The position numbers and the translations under genes are program-made. DNA of 64,000 nucleotides, from positions 46,289-110,288 of IMG/VR virus record IMGVR_UViG_3300027973_000032; one strand, 5' to 3'. The number at the start of each line of letters is the position of its first letter. Position 1 is the first letter of the stretch. This DNA is from a virus. Positions 57,739 through 64,000 of the stretch are shown here, piece after piece. The notes under the pieces are model-generated. The model made no database searches, was not told the origin of the DNA, and worked only from the letters and a program-made list of their open reading frames with translations.

Positions 57739-58344
57739 TTATGTTCCTAGACCAGTTAAACTTTGAATTCTAACTGTGTAATCTATTTGAATTAGACGGT
57801 TTAAACTTTTTTGTACTGGATGAAATACCACATGAGTTAGCAATCTACTTTGATTAGTGTCGCTATATGATTTTAATCCAAGCTCATCAAACACATATTC
57901 TGATTCATTATTATTCGTATTATCAAATGCACTTTGACCACTGGGCTCGCCGTAATCTAAAAAGCAGGTGACAAACACATCTGTATAATTTGTACCAGTA
58001 ACATGTCTGGTTTCTATGTAATTTCTTATGGGATCAATGTTAGTAATACTTCTATCATCGACCACTTTGGTATAAGTTGGATTGTATAAATCGGCATTAA
58101 TACCAGTAGAATTTGGAGTCAAGTACGTGATAATGCCTGTAGGGTCTACAGCAGTGCCACCGTTACCAAAGGCCATTTCATAAATAAATCCCTTCCCTGA
58201 ATTAGATATACTGTTGGCCAGGGCCACGCTCATATTTTCATAATGTATGGCATTACGCTTATTGATGTATATTTCTTTAGAACTAGGGTCCCAAATTTTA
58301 ATATGTCCTTCTATGTGAATTCCGCCAAAGTCTTTGTTTTGCAT
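57739..58344 (-). CDS. Baseplate/tail structural protein
   Basis: NAIHYEN, FDELGL, THVVFHPVQKSLNR; ATAAATA upstream. Confidence 0.72.
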   Translation of the reverse strand: MQNKDFGGIHIEGHIKIWDPSSKEIYINKRNAIHYENMSVALANSISNSGKGFIYEMAFGNGGTAVDPTGIITYLTPNSTGINADLYNPTYTKVVDDRSITNIDPIRNYIETRHVTGTNYTDVFVTCFLDYGEPSGQSAFDNTNNNESEYVFDELGLKSYSDTNQSRLLTHVVFHPVQKSLNRLIQIDYTVRIQSLTGLGT

Positions 58345-58371
58345 GATTATTTCTCTATCAAAATATTTATT

Positions 58372-61300
58372 TTATCCATTATTCAGTTTTTTAGGCTTAA
58401 ATTTTAAAAAATATGCTATGCTATTGCTTGAATTAGCTATATCTTTGCCTGGATCGTTCCATAAGGTCAATGTCTTTCTAACAACCTGTGTTTTAATTCC
58501 CACCCTTGGTGTGCTATTTAAGTGTAACTGGGCTGTATTTTCATCAATTGTAAAATCTGCAGGATAGTTTACATCTCCCTCAGGACTTTCTGGATGAATT
58601 CTTGCATCATGTAACACATATGGATTCTTTCTTTGTCTAACACCGCCCACAAACACCTCAATATTATCCTTACTGAGAATATAAGGTAATCTAGTATTTG
58701 GATCCCATTCCTGCACATCTGTTTTATCTTCATAAGGAATAGTTTCTGCCACACCAATATCTAATACTTCTGTTCCTGTACCATGTATAGTTGGCACACC
58801 AGTGCCCCAAGTTCCCCTACGTAATTGACTAAGTTTATTTTGATTTTTAATAAAATATTCAATTCGTTCGCCATTAATATAAATTACTCCTGGCTGATTT
58901 AGAACAATATTTGGTTCATTCAATGCTGTTGGATCACTAACTTCAATTTCTTTATCAGAAACTTTTAATTCTTTAGTCAAATAAGTTGTTCTATTTTTGC
59001 TTATTCTTTTATAATGTGATCTATTAAGAATATCTTTAAACTGCATGAATGAAATTGGATCTCTAGTAGTGTTAGATCCAAATGTCATCACTGAGAATCT
59101 ATCTTGATCAGTTGGGATTACATTTAAAATTATTTCTGTTTTGTTTTCAGACAATACATAGTCTATATTAGGTATTAATAAAGTTTTATTTTTAATAACC
59201 CATACATAGTTAGCATTAATTATTGGGGCATTTAAGGTCAATATACCGCCACTAACTCTAATAGCGTCTAAATAAAAAACGCTATTTTGATAACTTTCTA
59301 TGTTGGCTTTAATTTTATAATCACTACGTTGAATATTTAATACGTCATGATTGTACATGGAGATAACTTCAATTTGAGTATTATCTGGGTAAGCTGTTTT
59401 AAATTCAATATAATTAGAATCGTCATCTTTAGTTATGGCATAGTCTGAATATTTCACCAATGTAACTATAACTTTAGAATTTTCTGAGTAATAATTTGGT
59501 TTAATAATGACCTTTTGCGTAATTAGGTCTATATTATATGCATCACCTAATTGAACTTCATTATTATCAATATAGACCTTATAGTCTTCGATGATGTTAA
59601 ACACTTCTGCATCAGTAACACTGCCCTTACCTAATGGAATATCATAACTGTACACATTGTCTTTTAATATAAAAGAGAATGAATCAGTGGAAGTTAATAT
59701 TTCATTACCAACTCTAACAATGGTATTTTGTGTTAGTGGCAAACTTTTGCCAACAGGATTGAATAAATTGTATCTTAAAGTAGTACCATCTGTAATAATT
59801 GTTTCTCTACTTACTACACTAGTAGAAATGCTTGCTGTCTTTTTAAAAATTATATAATTTACTACCTGTCCTACACTAATTTCATCTACAAATTTAATGG
59901 CCAATTTATTTTTAAGTGAGTAAGTGTCATCAGTTTTAAATATGGTAAAGTTTGCAATTTCACCAGAAACTAATACCATTAATTCTAAATCATCTCTCCA
60001 ATTAAAATTCAATAACAATTCTTTAGTGGCAGTTTCTATAATCTTATGATCAATTTCTAAAATATTATCTCCGTTAAATCCCACATTGATAATTGATATA
60101 ATTTTTCCTTGAGCTGGGATGCTAGTTAAACTGACTGATAAATTATCAAAGTTCACAGTGTAATCTAATTTTGGACGTAATATATCAGCCCCAACTTTGA
60201 TAATCACTGCTGATTTATTATTAGGATATTGACTTATTTTATAACTAGTGGTTGCACCATCAGAGATATAATTGTCACAAGCAATATCTGCAGATTCGTT
60301 AATTAAGAAATCTGATACCTTAATGACCAGTGTATCTGCCACATGTCCTGGCAACATTTCTTCTGGCGCTGGGCTAGTCAATGGGCTAATAAAACGATCG
60401 CCATCAATAATGATGTCATCAGCATTAAATCCTGAAGCAGTTATATAGGGTGTATTACCATTCTTTCCAAATTTACCACCTTCAATTAAGGCATCATAGA
60501 TTCTAGTATCATCATTGGCTGTTCTAGGATCCCATAACTTTTCACCCCAAGGGTTATTTTCACTATCCCATTTTTCAGGTGGATCAAAGTTTATGCCTAC
60601 AATGCTAACTCCGCCGTAGTCAATGCCTGTCATTAATTGGGCAAAGTCACGACCTATCATACCACTTTCTGGATTATAGTAATAAGTAATCCTATCTAAG
60701 GCCTTTAAATGATTAAAATCTTTTGCATAATTAACTGTTATAATGGAGCCATTTACTGGAGGAGTATTAAAAACTATTTGTCCATAATGCACAGTATGAC
60801 TGGCATCCCCGCTTAGTTTGCTGGTTTTTACCAAAGAATATTCATCTGATATAACGTCTACAGTGATCATATTAATTTCTTTTGTCACTGAAGTTCGACC
60901 TTTTTCAATATTTGGACTATAGATAAGATCGTATGCGATAGTGGCACCATCACCTAAGAAAGTTTCAGTTTTAGTCAAAGGCAGTATATTTTCTATTGGT
61001 TCCTTGGCATATCGATCAAATTTTAATACCATAGTATTAGACCTAACTAGATCATTTTTTATTACTGCTGTTGCTCTAGCTGGTATTCCATCAACATCTA
61101 GATGACCTTTTATAACAATGGTAGGTGCTGTATAATACCCAGATCCTTCATTTAGAACTTGAATGGCAATGACCTGTCCATTGGCAATAAATGCTCTAGC
61201 TGTTGCTGGTATTACACAATTGCCCACAATTTCGACTAATGGTCTAGAAAGATATCCGCTACCCCCGTCATAAACTTTGATTTCTTTAACAGAAAAACCG

Positions 61301-64000
61301 GCATTTTCTCGCCATAAGCGCCAAGGGTAAGTATCAACTATATTGTCAAAATAGGATAATTGATCCGATGCTCTTGTTTGAATAGCTGTTAATTGAGTTT
61401 GAGAAACATATGATGGCAAATCAAAGTCAGTAATCAAACTTTGTGTGTTTTCCATGTTATTATATACGCTGACAAATTCTCTTATTTTAGTACGATATGG
61501 TTTGACTTCAGCAATGTAATTTTCAAAATCTTCCAAATTGTCATTGTTGTATGTTACTTTTTGACGTAATTCACCTACATTATGTAATGCTTTGACAAAA
61601 CTAGTTTTAAAAACCCAATCTACAAATGGTTGCTCTGATAGAGCATACTTGATACTTAAAAAGAAAAGATTTAAGTAAAGTATTCTACGATTATCTATTA
61701 AGATTTTATCTTTGAGTGTGTTTAAAATAATTCTTAATTCAATACTTCCTGAATTATCAAATTTATTAATGTCATACAAACTGCTGTCGTAGCCAAGTTT
61801 ATTATATTTAAAATTATAAAATTTATCGCTTAATTGTAATGTTCCATTTTGACGACCTATTACTTGAAAACTTTGAGTATAGTCTATTGATTCTACATCG
61901 GCATATTTTTTCAATAATAGCCATCCTGCACTGCCTACATTTTTAACTTTGACAATTTGACCTATTTTATAGATATTTGTAAACAATTGATAAGTGCTAT
62001 CCACTACATAATCTATCTTGGTAAATTGATTATATCCATCTTCGTACCAATCAATATAATGCCAAAACCCAGTAACATCATATTCTTGAATTTTAATTTT
62101 ACTCCAAGTATTGTTACTATAGGTATAAATGCACCAACTTCCAAATATTGTACTATCACTGCGTACTAAGACTGTTAGATTTCTTATTGAAATTGCAGTG
62201 TTTGAAATATCATAGCCTTCGCCCTGTGACAGCACGGTGACGCTGCTTATTCCGCCTGTGGCATTTAACTTTGCTTGGACTTTGGCATTTAGTCCAAGAC
62301 CCACAATGATTATCGGTGGAGCATATTGATAGCCGTATCCACTGTCCAATATACTCACTGACACAATTTTGCCGTTTTCAATGTTCAAAGAAAGACTGGC
62401 TTTTTTAAATGAATCAACATTGATAAAACGCAATTCTTTTTCAGTGTCAATTACATAATCATATAATCCAAAAACTTTAATAGGAGCTTGATCTTTCTTT
62501 AGTAAATCAGTTAAGTCTATGTTGTCTATTTGTATTTTTTTGAATTCGCTATTAAATCTTTCAATAACTTGTTTAATTGCTTCTAATCTATTGACAAATA
62601 TACTTTGTCTTGGCTTAAATTCTATGCCGTATCTTTGTTTTGGAGACAATGAAATATCAGGTACCATCTTGCCATTTTCATCAAACCCTACAAGACTATC
62701 AATCCATTTTCTTTCAATTTGTTTAGGTATTTCAGTTTTTTCATTTTCACTGATAATTTTCCATTCACTATGTATGTTTGCATTATGATCAATATTTGGC
62801 AACCAATATTGAATAGATAGTACCACATCCTTAGACGTTAACAAGGGTTTAATATTGGTTAGACTAAAGGAATTAGTGTTGATAAATTCAATATATTTTA
62901 GTCCCTGTCCTTTGGGATTACTAATAATGTTTGCAATTTCCAAAGCTGAATTTAATCTGCTATTTGCATTAGGCAGTGTTGCTTTGTTTTTTACCCAAAA
63001 GTAGTATAAAAAAGTAAATTGTTTAGATATTGAATCGTATTTTCTTTTTACGCTGTATACTGAATTGCCATATAATGTAGTTCCAGTAATATCCTGCGCT
63101 ATTCCATCAGTGGTACTTGCTATTTCGTCCCAATCTGATGGCATTAATTTAGACTCGACCCATTCATAAACGTCAATACTGCCCGAATCATATAGTGTAT
63201 TCCAAGTAGAATTTTTATAAGTTATATCACCTATGTGTGCATCTAAAAATTTAGCTCTGCGTAAATCCCACCATAGTGTACCAACTTCTTGATCCAACCA
63301 TGACATGCCATCATCCACGTTTACGTCTACTGTGGCATCTAATGCTTTGTAAGTATATGTCGCAGGATCATAATAGGTTTTATATTTGATTTGCTCTTCA
63401 GCTTTGCCTGGAATTTTACCTTGATTTATATCTACAATATCTAAATAGGCTAATAATTCGTTGGAGCGTCTATTATATAAAAATATTTTTTTGAATAGAC
63501 TTAGATCAATTTTTGCACTTTCTTGTTCAATAATTTTCCAACTGTAATCATTTCTATAATGTGTGTATACTGCGCCACTCCTATAATCATTTTGTGCATT
63601 TGGGGCTGAAACTATGATATCATTGTCAGCGGCAGCAACTTGATAACCATACTCTTCAGCCTGACTACTGCCTACTCCTAATGATTCGGCGTAGATAAAT
63701 TTACTTTCATATCTATCATATATGTCAACTCTACCAGAATCAATATTAATAGAACTATCAGCATAGCTCACTGTGCTATCATCATAGCTCACTGTGCTAT
63801 CATCATAATTAAATATATCATTTTTAGAACTATCTCCTAATTTACTAAAAATTACTAGGGTTTTTTCATTGTTGACAAATTTAATATTTTTTCCAAATTC
63901 TTCATTGGTATCACGATTATTTCTTCCAGTTAATGTTTGAAATAGAGAATAATCTTTATAAACATGTACTGCTTCATTAGAACTAATAGCCAAATATGTT
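58372..64000 (-). CDS. Very large baseplate wedge-like virion protein; probably continues beyond the window edge
   Basis: >1870 aa; ILDSGYGY/VLSQGEGY/VYDGGSGY/VLNEGSGY repeats; EVKPYRTKIR. Confidence 0.78.
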   Translation of the reverse strand, partial: TYLAISSNEAVHVYKDYSLFQTLTGRNNRDTNEEFGKNIKFVNNEKTLVIFSKLGDSSKNDIFNYDDSTVSYDDSTVSYADSSINIDSGRVDIYDRYESKFIYAESLGVGSSQAEEYGYQVAAADNDIIVSAPNAQNDYRSGAVYTHYRNDYSWKIIEQESAKIDLSLFKKIFLYNRRSNELLAYLDIVDINQGKIPGKAEEQIKYKTYYDPATYTYKALDATVDVNVDDGMSWLDQEVGTLWWDLRRAKFLDAHIGDITYKNSTWNTLYDSGSIDVYEWVESKLMPSDWDEIASTTDGIAQDITGTTLYGNSVYSVKRKYDSISKQFTFLYYFWVKNKATLPNANSRLNSALEIANIISNPKGQGLKYIEFINTNSFSLTNIKPLLTSKDVVLSIQYWLPNIDHNANIHSEWKIISENEKTEIPKQIERKWIDSLVGFDENGKMVPDISLSPKQRYGIEFKPRQSIFVNRLEAIKQVIERFNSEFKKIQIDNIDLTDLLKKDQAPIKVFGLYDYVIDTEKELRFINVDSFKKASLSLNIENGKIVSVSILDSGYGYQYAPPIIIVGLGLNAKVQAKLNATGGISSVTVLSQGEGYDISNTAISIRNLTVLVRSDSTIFGSWCIYTYSNNTWSKIKIQEYDVTGFWHYIDWYEDGYNQFTKIDYVVDSTYQLFTNIYKIGQIVKVKNVGSAGWLLLKKYADVESIDYTQSFQVIGRQNGTLQLSDKFYNFKYNKLGYDSSLYDINKFDNSGSIELRIILNTLKDKILIDNRRILYLNLFFLSIKYALSEQPFVDWVFKTSFVKALHNVGELRQKVTYNNDNLEDFENYIAEVKPYRTKIREFVSVYNNMENTQSLITDFDLPSYVSQTQLTAIQTRASDQLSYFDNIVDTYPWRLWRENAGFSVKEIKVYDGGSGYLSRPLVEIVGNCVIPATARAFIANGQVIAIQVLNEGSGYYTAPTIVIKGHLDVDGIPARATAVIKNDLVRSNTMVLKFDRYAKEPIENILPLTKTETFLGDGATIAYDLIYSPNIEKGRTSVTKEINMITVDVISDEYSLVKTSKLSGDASHTVHYGQIVFNTPPVNGSIITVNYAKDFNHLKALDRITYYYNPESGMIGRDFAQLMTGIDYGGVSIVGINFDPPEKWDSENNPWGEKLWDPRTANDDTRIYDALIEGGKFGKNGNTPYITASGFNADDIIIDGDRFISPLTSPAPEEMLPGHVADTLVIKVSDFLINESADIACDNYISDGATTSYKISQYPNNKSAVIIKVGADILRPKLDYTVNFDNLSVSLTSIPAQGKIISIINVGFNGDNILEIDHKIIETATKELLLNFNWRDDLELMVLVSGEIANFTIFKTDDTYSLKNKLAIKFVDEISVGQVVNYIIFKKTASISTSVVSRETIITDGTTLRYNLFNPVGKSLPLTQNTIVRVGNEILTSTDSFSFILKDNVYSYDIPLGKGSVTDAEVFNIIEDYKVYIDNNEVQLGDAYNIDLITQKVIIKPNYYSENSKVIVTLVKYSDYAITKDDDSNYIEFKTAYPDNTQIEVISMYNHDVLNIQRSDYKIKANIESYQNSVFYLDAIRVSGGILTLNAPIINANYVWVIKNKTLLIPNIDYVLSENKTEIILNVIPTDQDRFSVMTFGSNTTRDPISFMQFKDILNRSHYKRISKNRTTYLTKELKVSDKEIEVSDPTALNEPNIVLNQPGVIYINGERIEYFIKNQNKLSQLRRGTWGTGVPTIHGTGTEVLDIGVAETIPYEDKTDVQEWDPNTRLPYILSKDNIEVFVGGVRQRKNPYVLHDARIHPESPEGDVNYPADFTIDENTAQLHLNSTPRVGIKTQVVRKTLTLWNDPGKDIANSSNSIAYFLKFKPKKLNNG
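63762..63807. repeat. 21-bp in-frame tandem duplication (YDDSTVS x2)
   Basis: CATAGCTCACTGTGCTATCAT occurs twice. Confidence 0.85.

Overview
This window is a 64-kb segment of a large lytic myovirus (jumbo-phage type) with T4-related replication and late-promoter features. The gene set resembles freshwater or Rak2/GAP32-type jumbo phages, judged from memory and not from a search. No integrase or host housekeeping operon is present. Layout: (1) 1-6.6 kb, small + strand ORFs, including a 4-copy MNE...KFAELIVREC family and four tandem HTKG/NFWW glycosyltransferase-like paralogs. (2) 6.6-8.15 kb, a poorly coding interval with 40-bp and 18-bp repeats, a C-rich to G-rich strand switch and two leftward sigma70 promoters; this is a candidate replication origin. 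(3) 8.15-17.9 kb, an array of early-gene cassettes driven by 14 copies of a composite promoter (GTTG-N8-CAAC palindrome, 4 nt, -35, 17 nt, -10), plus three tRNAs. (4) 18-23 kb, an HNH endonuclease, a methyltransferase and a class III nucleotidyl cyclase. (5) 23-33 kb, - strand replication genes: helicase, primase, half carbamoyltransferase, mini DnaE, clamp-loader subunit and UvsW. (6) 33-50 kb, a 17-kb glycan biosynthesis and modification locus with an unusual sugar-nucleotide pathway and two radical SAM enzymes. (7) 50-64 kb, tail fibre and baseplate genes. The best candidates for new biology are the operator-promoter cassette system with its divergent copy firing into the putative origin, and the glycan locus. 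All family calls come from motif recognition only.
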